This document shows positions 47,805-58,735 of a stretch of DNA of 64,000 nucleotides, piece after piece. Where the stretch lies: positions 14,581-78,580 of the forward strand of contig CAZLPF010000001.1 in the NCBI GenBank assembly GCA_964561365.1. Direction: 5' to 3'. Both the position numbers and the translations under genes were made by a program. Each line of letters opens with the position of its first letter. Within the stretch, counting starts at the first letter, position 1. The DNA is from an uncultured Candidatus Saccharibacteria bacterium. Lineage in GTDB: Bacteria; Patescibacteriota; Doudnabacteria; UBA920. The notes under the pieces are model-generated. The model saw only the letters and a list, made by a program, of their open reading frames with translations, did not search any database and was not told the origin of the DNA.

Positions 47805-47880
47805 CGCGGGATAGAGCAATTGGCAGCTCGCCAGGCTCATAACCTGGAGGTTGGGGGTTCGAGTCCCTCTCCCGCAACCA
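47805..47880 (+). tRNA. tRNA-fMet (CAT), initiator type
   Basis: CGCGGGA 5' end with C1:A72 mismatch, anticodon loop CTCATAA, GTTCGAGTC T-loop, encoded CCA. Confidence 0.93.
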
Positions 47881-47941
47881 AGCGAGCGCTCAAATGAATT
47901 GAGCGTTGGCTTGGTTTTAAGGCTCGACCACGATTACGTAT

Positions 47942-48018
47942 GCCGACGTAGCTCAGCTGGTTAGAGCGAGGGACTCATAAGCCCTAGGTCGGAGGTTCAA
48001 GTCCTCCCGTCGGCACCA
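47942..48018 (+). tRNA. tRNA with CAT anticodon (elongator Met or Ile2)
   Basis: GCCGACG/CGTCGGC acceptor, TAGCTCAG, CTCATAA loop, GGTTCAAGTCC, CCA. Confidence 0.92.
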
Positions 48019-48154
48019 CGGGTCATTAAACCTTGCGGGCTCCGCGCGCTGGAATATCCAGCTCGCTGCGCCCTCCAGGTTTGTGCCCCTCCTCCCCAAA
48101 ATCTCCGAACGGAGTTTTTGGGGACCCCAAAGAGCCCAGAGTAGTTTTATGTGT

Positions 48155-48231
48155 GGGGGCGTAGCTCAGTTGGTTAGAGCGTCCGCCTGTCACGCGGAAG
48201 GTCACGGGTTCGAGTCCCGCCGTCCCCGCCA
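48155..48231 (+). tRNA. tRNA-Asp (GTC)
   Basis: GGGGGCG/CGTCCCC acceptor, CTGTCAC loop, GGTTCGAGTCC, G73, CCA. Confidence 0.95.
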
Positions 48232-48234
48232 GTA

Positions 48235-48261
48235 CAAAACCGCCCCGAACGGGCGGTTTTG
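48235..48261. terminator. Bidirectional terminator after tRNA-Asp
   Basis: CAAAACCGCCC-cgaac-GGGCGGTTTTG. Confidence 0.78.
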
Positions 48262-48278
48262 TGTACGCACAAACGCTG

Positions 48279-48611
48279 CTAGTAGATGACCGCTCCCAGA
48301 GCGACGAGCCCGTTCATAATTATCCAGAGGGAGTAGGTAAAAATAATTGCCCGCTCCTTGTGCACAATGCCGTACGTGACCCAGACGAACGAAAACAGGA
48401 AGTAGATGGACCACGAGAGCGCCGAGACGCCCGCGGCGTTCCGGTGGGCGAAGATGGTGTAGACCTGCGGCACGGTTGAAATGGGTCCGAGCGCGCCAAT
48501 GACGAAGATGAGCCGGTCGAGGAACCGTTTCCCCGCGTTCGGGTGCGGGAACGGCTCCAGGTTTCTATAGAACCGGCGCCGCGCGTGCTGGTGCTGCAGG
48601 ACGTTACCCAT
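48279..48611 (-). CDS. SemiSWEET/PQ-loop family 3-TM transporter
   Basis: TVPQVYTIF..RNAAGVSALSW, WVTYGI, N in third helix; start ATG 48611. Confidence 0.82.
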   Translation of the reverse strand: MGNVLQHQHARRRFYRNLEPFPHPNAGKRFLDRLIFVIGALGPISTVPQVYTIFAHRNAAGVSALSWSIYFLFSFVWVTYGIVHKERAIIFTYSLWIIMNGLVALGAVIY

Positions 48612-48745
48612 GCGCAAAATATACCACGCGCTCCCCTGCCGCGCGACCCCGGGCTTCGGGGTACGGCCGGCCACTATAGAAACCAAAACCGCCCTATTTT
48701 CGGGCGGTCTGGTGAAACCTTCAGGAGAGGTTCCGCGGGGAGCGC

Positions 48746-48826
48746 TTAGAGGCGCTTCTTCGCGGTCTTCTTCTTACCGGTCTTCTTCTTGGCCGCCTTT
48801 TTGGTGGCCTTTTTCTTCTTAGCCAT
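48746..48826 (-). CDS. 26-aa Lys-rich histone-H1-like micro-protein (MAKKKKATKKAAKKKTGKKKTAKKRL)
   Basis: ATG...TAA read directly; GGGAG SD; promoter TTGACA-17-TAGGAT (49005-48977); downstream hairpin; below ORF-track cutoff. Confidence 0.75.
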   Translation of the reverse strand: MAKKKKATKKAAKKKTGKKKTAKKRL

Positions 48827-48979
48827 GCTGGCTAGTCTCCCGGAGCGGTCGACTTATTTTTGGTATACCGCTCCTTAATTTCTACCGCCGGGTGTAAACC
48901 CGATTCGATAGCGAACAAATTTTTTTCCCCGCGTCCGTGTTTCTTTCGTTTCAGCGTGAGAACTACGTACGCGTCAATC

Positions 48980-49708
48980 CTACCGAGATGTGAAACTCTT
49001 GTCAAGGATTTTTTTGCCCGAGAGCGCGTCAAAAATTTTTTTCGCGTCAGATTTTGTTTCCGCGCGCGCGAGTTCGGCGCGAAAGCGCGGGCGCGCGAGC
49101 GTCCGCTGGTCGAGCGGTAAGATTTTTTTCAGCGCGACGAGCGTTTTCGGTTCGATCGTAAACTTCAGCGCGCGCGCGAAGCGGAGGGCGCGGAGGGCGC
49201 GGAGCGAATCTTCGGAAAATTTTTGCGCGGGTTCGCCGACGGCGCGGATTTTTTTTGCGCGGAGGTCGGCGAGGCCGCCCGCGTAGTCGTAGACCGCGCC
49301 AGTTTTGGCGCTCAAATATAAGGAATTGACGGTGAAGTCGCGCCGCTGCGCGTCTAGGGCCGGGCTCTTTACGAACCGCACGCGCGGGTAGCGCGACGCG
49401 CCGTAGGTCTCGCGGCGAAAGGTCGTAACCTCGGCCGCCTGGCTGCCCCGCGAGGCTCTCACCGAGCCGAAGGAGGCCGCAGACAGGTCGCAGGAAAACC
49501 CGGCGCGCGAGAGCGCGCGGGCGACCTGGCGGGGCGTCGCCTCGGTAGCGAGGTCAACGTCGGTCGGCTGCCGGCCGAGCAGGAGGTCCCGGACGAAGCC
49601 GCCCACGAAAAAAGTCCGGGGAAAGTTGTCCACAAGCGCTGCGGAAACGTCCAGCCCGAACTTTTCGAGCGAAGTATTCGGCGTGAAGGTGTACCGGAGG
49701 CGCTCCAC
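48980..49708 (-). CDS. CCA-adding/poly(A) polymerase family nucleotidyltransferase (short form)
   Basis: VGGFVRD, DVDLAT, EVTTFR, RRDFTVN, EDSLRALRALRF; only 242 aa. Confidence 0.88.
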   Translation of the reverse strand: MERLRYTFTPNTSLEKFGLDVSAALVDNFPRTFFVGGFVRDLLLGRQPTDVDLATEATPRQVARALSRAGFSCDLSAASFGSVRASRGSQAAEVTTFRRETYGASRYPRVRFVKSPALDAQRRDFTVNSLYLSAKTGAVYDYAGGLADLRAKKIRAVGEPAQKFSEDSLRALRALRFARALKFTIEPKTLVALKKILPLDQRTLARPRFRAELARAETKSDAKKIFDALSGKKILDKSFTSR

Positions 49709-50172
49709 TACTCGTTCAGGACGCCCTCGGAGGTAATCGGTCCGCCGGCGCGGTGCCGGCGGCGCTTGATGGTGTTCAGGCGCGAGAGGCTCCGCTCGAG
49801 CGAGGCGGCCACCGTGGCGTACTCTTCTTCGCTCATGCGCTGCTCGGCCAAGAGCTTTTCGGCGCGCTCCTTGGCGGCGAGCGCGCGGGCTTCGTCGAGC
49901 TCCTCGTGGTGCTCGGCGGCGTCGGCGAGTATGGTTACCGACCCGCCCGGGCGGATCTGGAGGAAGCCGCCGGCGACGTGGACGAAGCGCGGCTGCCCCG
50001 TTTCCGGAACGACGTGAACCTCGCCGGGCACGAGCGTGGCCACGAGCGGCGCGTGGTGCGGCAGCACCGTGACCTGCCCGAGCTCGGTTACGCAGGTGAT
50101 CTTGCGCACGCGCTCGGAAACGAGCCGGCGCTCGGGGGTAACGAGGTGAAATTCAAACGCGAGGTCAGACAC
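49708..50172 (-). CDS. atpC: ATP synthase F1 epsilon
   Basis: LVTPER, GQVTVLPHHAP, GGF, ILADAAE. Confidence 0.95.
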   Translation of the reverse strand: MSDLAFEFHLVTPERRLVSERVRKITCVTELGQVTVLPHHAPLVATLVPGEVHVVPETGQPRFVHVAGGFLQIRPGGSVTILADAAEHHEELDEARALAAKERAEKLLAEQRMSEEEYATVAASLERSLSRLNTIKRRRHRAGGPITSEGVLNE

Positions 50173-50183
50173 GGGTTGGAAAT

Positions 50184-52480
<2,297 letters not shown>

Positions 52481-52619
52481 GGGTTACGCGCGGAAAGGAA
52501 CACCCACACGGTTTTCCCTTCCGCGGGCCTTCCCTTTCTGAAAGCGGTCACCCTCGGCCTGGCGAAGCCAGATCCTCGGATGGGCTTTTTCTATGGTAAT
52601 CATTTCAGCAAAACCTGTC

Positions 52620-54119
52620 TTACAGCGTTTTTACGAACTCCGCGAGCGCGGCTTTCAGCTGCGCCTCGGCTTTTTCAGAGAGGTCTCTCGTCGAGCGGAT
52701 TTCTTCGAGCACGCCGCCGGCGTTGGCCTTCAGGTAGGTCTGGAGCTTCTGTTCGGCTTCGCGGATGCGCTCGACGGGAACGTGGTCCAAGAAGCCGTTG
52801 CCCACCGCGTAGAGCGCGGTGACCTGGGCCTCGAGGGCCGCCGGTTCGTACTGCGGCTGCTTTAGGATCTCGGTCTGCCGCCGCCCGAGCTCGAGCTGCT
52901 TCTTGGTCTGCTCGTCTAAGTCCGAGCCGAACTGCGAGAAGGCCTCGAGCTCGCGGAACTGCGCGAGCGAGAGCTTCAGCTTTCCCGCCACCTTCTTCAT
53001 GGCTTTCGTCTGGGCGGCCGAGCCGACGCGGGAAACCGAAATGCCGACGTTGAGCGCCGGGCGCACGCCCTTGTAGAAGAGGTCGGACTCGAGGAATATC
53101 TGCCCGTCGGTAATGGAAATGACGTTCGTCGGAATGTAGGCCGACACGTCGCCGGCCTGCGTCTCGATGATCGGGAGCGCCGTTATCGAGCCGCCGCCGA
53201 ACTCCGCGGAGAGCTTCGCCGCGCGCTCGAGGAGGCGGGAGTGGAGGTAGAAGACGTCCCCGGGGAAGGCTTCGCGGCCCGGCGGGCGGCGGAGCAGGAG
53301 CGAAATTTCACGGTAGGCCACCGCGTGCTTCGATAAATCGTCGTAGACGATGAGCACGTCCTTGCCCTGGTCCATGAAGTACTCGCCCACCGCGCAGCCG
53401 GCGTACGGGGCTATGTACGAGAGCGCCGCGGACTCACCGCTGCCGGCCGAAACGACCACGGTGTAGTCCATGGCGCCGCGGGCTTTGAGCTCTTCGACGA
53501 TTTTGACGACCTTGCTCTCCTTCTGCCCGACGGCGACGTAGATGCAGGTAACGTCTTGGCCCTTCTGGTTCAGAATGGTGTCGATGGCCACCGCGGTTTT
53601 GCCGGTCTGGCGGTCGCCGATGATGAGCTCGCGCTGCCCGCGCCCAATGGGGATGAGCGCGTCAATGGCTTTGATGCCGGTCTGGAGCGGCTGCTTGACC
53701 GACTGCCGCGTAATGACGCCCGGGGCGATTTTCTCGACCGGGTAAAAGGTTTTGCCCGACAGTTCGCCGAGGCCGTCTTTCGGCTCCCCGAGCGCACCGA
53801 TGACGCGGCCGATGAGCTCGTCGCCCACGGGTACGGAGAGGATGCGGCCGGTGGCCTTCACGGTGTCGCCGACCTTGATCTGGCTGAAGTCGCCGAGGAT
53901 AATGGCGCCGACCGAGCGCTCTTCGAGGTTCAGGGCTACGCCCATGGTCCCCTTCCCGAAGTCGAGCATTTCCATGCTCGCGGCTTCGGTCAGGCCGGAA
54001 ATGCGCGCCACGCCGTCGGCGACCTCGAGGACGCTGCCGACGCGCTCGAGCTTCGTTTTCGGTTCGAAGGCCGCGACTTTGCGCTTGAGCTCTTGGATGA
54101 TGTGTTCTGCGTTTGCCAT
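52620..54119 (-). CDS. atpA: ATP synthase F1 alpha
   Basis: [33 protein letters not shown]. Confidence 0.99.
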   Translation of the reverse strand: MANAEHIIQELKRKVAAFEPKTKLERVGSVLEVADGVARISGLTEAASMEMLDFGKGTMGVALNLEERSVGAIILGDFSQIKVGDTVKATGRILSVPVGDELIGRVIGALGEPKDGLGELSGKTFYPVEKIAPGVITRQSVKQPLQTGIKAIDALIPIGRGQRELIIGDRQTGKTAVAIDTILNQKGQDVTCIYVAVGQKESKVVKIVEELKARGAMDYTVVVSAGSGESAALSYIAPYAGCAVGEYFMDQGKDVLIVYDDLSKHAVAYREISLLLRRPPGREAFPGDVFYLHSRLLERAAKLSAEFGGGSITALPIIETQAGDVSAYIPTNVISITDGQIFLESDLFYKGVRPALNVGISVSRVGSAAQTKAMKKVAGKLKLSLAQFRELEAFSQFGSDLDEQTKKQLELGRRQTEILKQPQYEPAALEAQVTALYAVGNGFLDHVPVERIREAEQKLQTYLKANAGGVLEEIRSTRDLSEKAEAQLKAALAEFVKTL

Positions 54120-54128
54120 AAGTGGTGG

Positions 54129-54512
54129 TTAGCGGGCCATTTGGTTCTTTAAGTCTTCAATCTGCCGTTTGAGGCTCGCGTCGAGCAGCAGGTCTCCGGT
54201 CCTGAGCACTATGCCCCCGAGCGCGTTGGGGTCCCGCCGAACCTCGGGGCTGAGCTGCGCGTTCGCGATCCGGTTTAACCCGTCCATGACCTCACCGCTC
54301 ACCTCGCCCCCGCCGGAAACCGTGACCGTGGCCGCCTGTTTTCCGGAGAGCAGGAGCGCGAGTTCGCGCTCTATGTCCGGGTAGGCGCCGAGGTCGCCGG
54401 CCTCGGCGAGCGCGGCCGCGAACCGGCCGAGCACCGCGTCGTGCTGGCTCTCGGAGACCTCGAGCAGGGCCCGGTGGAGCGCCTCGGCGTACTGCTGTGG
54501 GCTGAGCCTCAT
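54129..54512 (-). CDS. atpH: ATP synthase F1 delta (short)
   Basis: YAEAL, DPNALGGIVLRTGDLLLDASL; operon position. Confidence 0.85.
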   Translation of the reverse strand: MRLSPQQYAEALHRALLEVSESQHDAVLGRFAAALAEAGDLGAYPDIERELALLLSGKQAATVTVSGGGEVSGEVMDGLNRIANAQLSPEVRRDPNALGGIVLRTGDLLLDASLKRQIEDLKNQMAR

Positions 54513-54516
54513 GGGT

Positions 54517-55080
54517 CTAGGCCTTCGCGGCCACTGACTTCAGGGCCCGCTCAATGAGCTCTCGATCTTTCTCGGGGCTGATTTTCTCGCCGAGAACCTT
54601 GCTCGCGGCTTCGGCTACGAGCTCGGCCGCGTGCTCGCGGACCGTGCGCTCACCGGCCACCCGCTCGGCTTCTATCTGGTTTTTGGCCTGCACCAGGAGC
54701 CTGGCCTGTTCGGTTTTCGTTTTCTCGAGCTCTTCGCCCTGCAGCCGAACCGCCGCCGCCCTCGCGCTCTCTAAAATATCCGAAGCCTCGCGCCGGGCCT
54801 TGGTCTGCTCGGCGGCTTTCCACGTCTCGAACTCGGCTTTGTCTTTGGCCACCTGCTCGGCGGCCCGAAGCGAGGCGTCTATTTTGGCGCGCCGCTCTTC
54901 GAGGTGCTTTGAGACCGGGGTAAAGACCCAGCGCCAGAGGACGTAGAGGACCACGCCGAAGTTTACGAGCTGGGCTACGAAGAGCTTCGCCGAGAGGCCG
55001 AGGCTGCCGGCGACGCCGGTGCTGCCCGCTTCCGCGGCCGCTTCGGCCGCGTGCGCGACGGGAATGAGGAGATCGATCAT
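54517..55080 (-). CDS. atpF: ATP synthase Fo b
   Basis: AQLVNF, FTPV..LEERR, long Ala/Glu helix. Confidence 0.93.
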   Translation of the reverse strand: MIDLLIPVAHAAEAAAEAGSTGVAGSLGLSAKLFVAQLVNFGVVLYVLWRWVFTPVSKHLEERRAKIDASLRAAEQVAKDKAEFETWKAAEQTKARREASDILESARAAAVRLQGEELEKTKTEQARLLVQAKNQIEAERVAGERTVREHAAELVAEAASKVLGEKISPEKDRELIERALKSVAAKA

Positions 55081-55163
55081 CGGGATCCTGGAGTCAATGC
55101 TTGTTTTAGGTAAGGTGCACCGTGGCCGGGCCGTTTTGCAGAACCGCCCGGACTCGCTGGACC

Positions 55164-55457
<294 letters not shown>

Positions 55458-55512
55458 TTACCTGGTGAAGAGCAGGGCGCGAGCGGTCCGCGCGCTGCAG
55501 GCACGAGGCGAG

Positions 55513-56358
55513 CTAGTGTGCCGGGGCGTGCTCTTCGTGCGACCCGCCGTGGCTCTCGGTAGCCATGGTCAGGTAGACGCAGGCGAGCGTGCTGAAGACG
55601 ACGGCCTGGACGAGCCCGACTATGATTTCGAGGAACATGAACGGCAGGGGCACGAAGAACGGCAGGAGCCCGGCGAGCACGGTCAGGAGCACCTCGCCGG
55701 CGAAAATGTTACCGAACAGCCGCAGCGAGAGCGAAACCATTTTTGCGATTTCGGAAAAAATCTCGATGATGCCGACGAAGAATTCGATGACCGCGGTGAG
55801 GATCGCGACCGGGCTGAGCGCCAGCAGCGCCTTCCAGACTTTCTGAACCTGCAGGAACTTGCCGGCGTGCTCGAGGAAGCCCAGGGCCACGATGCCGGTC
55901 AGGTGCGAAGCCACCACGGCGAGCACGGCCATGGCCAGCGTCATGTTCAGGTCGGTATTCGCGGGGCGGAACAGCGGCAACGCCTCGAGGGCTCCGTTGT
56001 GTTCGGCCACGACGGTAATGGTCCCGGTCCCCGGGATGAGGCCGGCCCAGTTCGAGAGCAGGATGAACAGGAACAGGCTGCCGACGAGCGGCAGGAAACG
56101 GACCGCGCGCGCCCGGTCCCTCGTGACCTGGCTAAAGAAGTCGGTCAGGCCCTCGACGATGGCTTCAACGGCGCCGACGAACCCCCCCGGCGCGCCGGCG
56201 CCCGGGGCGTAGGCCGCACGGAACTTTGATTTCAGGTAGAGCGCGCCCAATACCAGCGCGAGGACGAGGAGCGTGCTGTTGATGTAGGCGTTGGTGACCG
56301 GGAAGCTTCCGAGGTGGAAGATCGGTTCAGCGGAGAGCGGAGGAATGACGATGTTCAT
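55513..56358 (-). CDS. atpB: ATP synthase Fo a
   Basis: SNWAGLIPG, RPANTDLN, SLSLRLFGNIFAGE, LVQAVVF. Confidence 0.96.
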   Translation of the reverse strand: MNIVIPPLSAEPIFHLGSFPVTNAYINSTLLVLALVLGALYLKSKFRAAYAPGAGAPGGFVGAVEAIVEGLTDFFSQVTRDRARAVRFLPLVGSLFLFILLSNWAGLIPGTGTITVVAEHNGALEALPLFRPANTDLNMTLAMAVLAVVASHLTGIVALGFLEHAGKFLQVQKVWKALLALSPVAILTAVIEFFVGIIEIFSEIAKMVSLSLRLFGNIFAGEVLLTVLAGLLPFFVPLPFMFLEIIVGLVQAVVFSTLACVYLTMATESHGGSHEEHAPAH

Positions 56359-56364
56359 GGGAAT

Positions 56365-56691
56365 TTATAGCTTCTCTGCGGGCGGCACCGGCCGCTGGCG
56401 GCTCTTCTTGAGTAGCTGGCTGAGGTTCCGGTAGATGAGCAGGCACGAAACGGCCAAGGCTACGAGAATGCCGACCACGGTACCGAGCTTCGTGTCCCAG
56501 CGCCGGTCGACTTTGCCGCCGAGCCAGACAAACAGCAGGAGCGGAACGGCCACGTCTACGGCTACCTGAAGACCCCACTCGCCGAGCAGCCAGGGGTTCA
56601 TGCCGGAGGTTTTCGTCGGGGACGGCTGCTGCTCGGTCCCCTGCTGACCACTCTCAAACGGCGCGCTCGACTTTGGGGGCGTGTCGCTCAT
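56365..56691 (-). CDS. AtpZ/AtpI-like small membrane protein
   Basis: First gene of atp operon; WLGGKVDRRWDT; promoter TTGACA-17-GAGAAT upstream. Confidence 0.75.
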   Translation of the reverse strand: MSDTPPKSSAPFESGQQGTEQQPSPTKTSGMNPWLLGEWGLQVAVDVAVPLLLFVWLGGKVDRRWDTKLGTVVGILVALAVSCLLIYRNLSQLLKKSRQRPVPPAEKL

Positions 56692-56766
56692 AAGAACGCG
56701 TACATTCTCATTAAAAACGCCTCCCGTGTCAAGACCTGGCAAAAACGGTCCGCCTTGACAGAAAGG

Positions 56767-57375
56767 TTACCAGTTGGTAGTGGGACCGATCGGCGGCAGG
56801 CGTTTGACCGTTTTGCCGAAGAAGGCGTTTTTGAGGTAGCGGTAGTTCTCGGGGTGGATGCGCGCGAGCAGCAGGTCTATCATGAGCGGCCCGAAGAAAG
56901 CTTTCGGGTGGTCCGAGAGCTTCAAAAACTGGTCGAAGCCGACGGTGCTCACCGTAATCCGCTCGCCGCTGTCGAGCTGCTGGCCTCGCGCTTTCCGGCA
57001 GTCTGTCGCGATGTAAAAGTAAACGTTCTGAACGACTTTACCGCTCGGGCTGTAGGTGCGCCAGAGCTTCAGGCTCCTCGCAGCGAGCCCGGTTTCTTCG
57101 AGCAGCTCGCGGGCCGCAGCGGCCCGAGGTTGCTCCCCCGCCTTGTCCATTCGACCCGAGGGCAGGTCGTAGTACCAGGTGCTGCCCGGCTGCTGCTGCT
57201 TGAGCACGACGAGTTTTTTGCCGATGCTCGCGATGACCACGACCGTATTTTGCCGGCGGACCTTCTCGAAGGTCTTCGTTGTGCCGTCAAACATTTTCTG
57301 GGGCCACTGGTAGACGTCGAAAATGACCCCCTTGAAAACCCGTTTCGCCTGCCGTGGGATCGCGCTCCGCTTCAT
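56767..57375 (-). CDS. NUDIX hydrolase (ADP-ribose pyrophosphatase-like)
   Basis: PSGRMDKAGEQPRAAAARELLEETGL, SPSG, LDSGERI. Confidence 0.88.
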   Translation of the reverse strand: MKRSAIPRQAKRVFKGVIFDVYQWPQKMFDGTTKTFEKVRRQNTVVVIASIGKKLVVLKQQQPGSTWYYDLPSGRMDKAGEQPRAAAARELLEETGLAARSLKLWRTYSPSGKVVQNVYFYIATDCRKARGQQLDSGERITVSTVGFDQFLKLSDHPKAFFGPLMIDLLLARIHPENYRYLKNAFFGKTVKRLPPIGPTTNW

Positions 57376-57414
57376 TTGAAAAATAGGCCGTCTCGGCCGT
57401 GGTAATAAGTTTCG

Positions 57415-57490
57415 TGGAGCCAGCTGTGGGAGTCGAACCCACGACCTACGCGTTACGAGTGCGTCGCTCTACCAACTGAGCTAAGCTGGC
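57415..57490 (-). tRNA. tRNA-Thr (CGT)
   Basis: Reverse complement GCCAGCTTAGCTCAG...CTCGTAA...GGTTCGACTCCC..AGCTGGCTCCA. Confidence 0.95.
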
Positions 57491-57607
57491 ACAATTACGG
57501 GGGAGACGGGGTTTTCCCCGTAGACCCCCTTCATGGGGAACCATTTGCTCTGGAGAAAATCCAGAGCAAATGAACTACACTTTAAGACCAACAAAAGAAA
57601 ACGGGAG

Positions 57608-58735
57608 CTAGACGAAAAACTTTTTTATGAGCGGGTTCGTCCGGGTGACAATCTCGTACGCCGTGCTTCCGGCGACCTTGGCCAGTTCAGCGGCGGTGAC
57701 GCTCGCCTTCCCCTGCCGGCCAATGAGCACGACTTCGTCGCCGACCCGTGCGCCGATTGCGTCTGTGGCGTCGACGGTGAGGATGTCCATGGACACGAGG
57801 CCCACGACCTTGCACCGGTGTCCGCGTATGAGCACGTGGCCCCTGCCTGAAAGCGCCCGGCCGTAGCCGTGCCAGTAGCCCACGGGAACGAGCGCGAGGC
57901 GGCTCCGCCGAGCCAAACGCTCTGTGAAATTGTAGCCTACGCGCTCCCCTTTTTCAACCCACTTGAGTTCGGCCACGACCGACTTCCAGCTCATGGCCGG
58001 GGTGAGCGGTACCGCTTTCTTGAAGCGCGCCTCGGTTTCGGGCGAAGGCCAGAGCCCGTAGAGGCCGATGCCGATGCGGACCATGCCGTAGTGGGCTTTC
58101 GGGTACCAGAGCGTCCCGCCGGTGGCCGCCGCGTGGCAAATGGGCGAGAAGCCCGCCGCGCGCGCCAGGTGCACGGCCGTTTTGAATCTCCCGAGCTGGG
58201 CTTCGGACTGCTTGCGAAACCGGGGCTCTTTGGCGGCCGCCAGGTGCGTGTAGAGCCCCTCGAGCGAGGCGCGGGGCGCACCCTGCAAAGTTTTAAGAAC
58301 CTGCGGCAGCTCGGGGAGCTGGAAGCCGTGTCGGTGCATGCCGGTATCTATCTTGAGGTGCACGGCCAGATTTTTTTTGAGCTTCGGCAGCAGGGCCAGA
58401 CACTCCCAGCTCGAAACGGTAACGCTGAGGTTAGCCGCCGCGGCGCGGCCGAGGTTTTCGGGCAAGGTGTAGCCCTGCACGAGGATTGGCAGGCGTACAC
58501 CGGCGCGCCGGAGCGCGAGGCCTTCGGTGATTGAGTCTACGCCGAGCCAGTCGGCTCCTGAAGCCTCGGCAAGCTTCGAAAAGCCCACGAGCTCGTGGCC
58601 GTAGGCGTTCGACTTCACGACGGCGAGGAGGCGCGTTTCTCTGCCGAGGCGCCCCTTCATGAGCCGGAGATTCCGGCGCGCGGCCGCACGCGAAACCTCG
58701 ATCCAGGTACGGAGACCGCCCCGACGCTCAGTCAT
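57608..58735 (-). CDS. alr: Alanine racemase
   Basis: AVVKSNAYGH, HLKIDTGMHR, YTHLA, MVRIGIGLYG, VGYWHG, VSMD. Confidence 0.95.
   Translation of the reverse strand: MTERRGGLRTWIEVSRAAARRNLRLMKGRLGRETRLLAVVKSNAYGHELVGFSKLAEASGADWLGVDSITEGLALRRAGVRLPILVQGYTLPENLGRAAAANLSVTVSSWECLALLPKLKKNLAVHLKIDTGMHRHGFQLPELPQVLKTLQGAPRASLEGLYTHLAAAKEPRFRKQSEAQLGRFKTAVHLARAAGFSPICHAAATGGTLWYPKAHYGMVRIGIGLYGLWPSPETEARFKKAVPLTPAMSWKSVVAELKWVEKGERVGYNFTERLARRSRLALVPVGYWHGYGRALSGRGHVLIRGHRCKVVGLVSMDILTVDATDAIGARVGDEVVLIGRQGKASVTAAELAKVAGSTAYEIVTRTNPLIKKFFV

Noticed and set aside
47722-47877. N-terminal extension of ORF 47065-47877
   Set aside because: It is the antisense of tRNA-fMet; the true start is ATG 47721
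47805-48231. tRNA cluster as prophage or island attachment site
   Set aside because: No integrase and no duplicated tRNA 3' end noticed in the window
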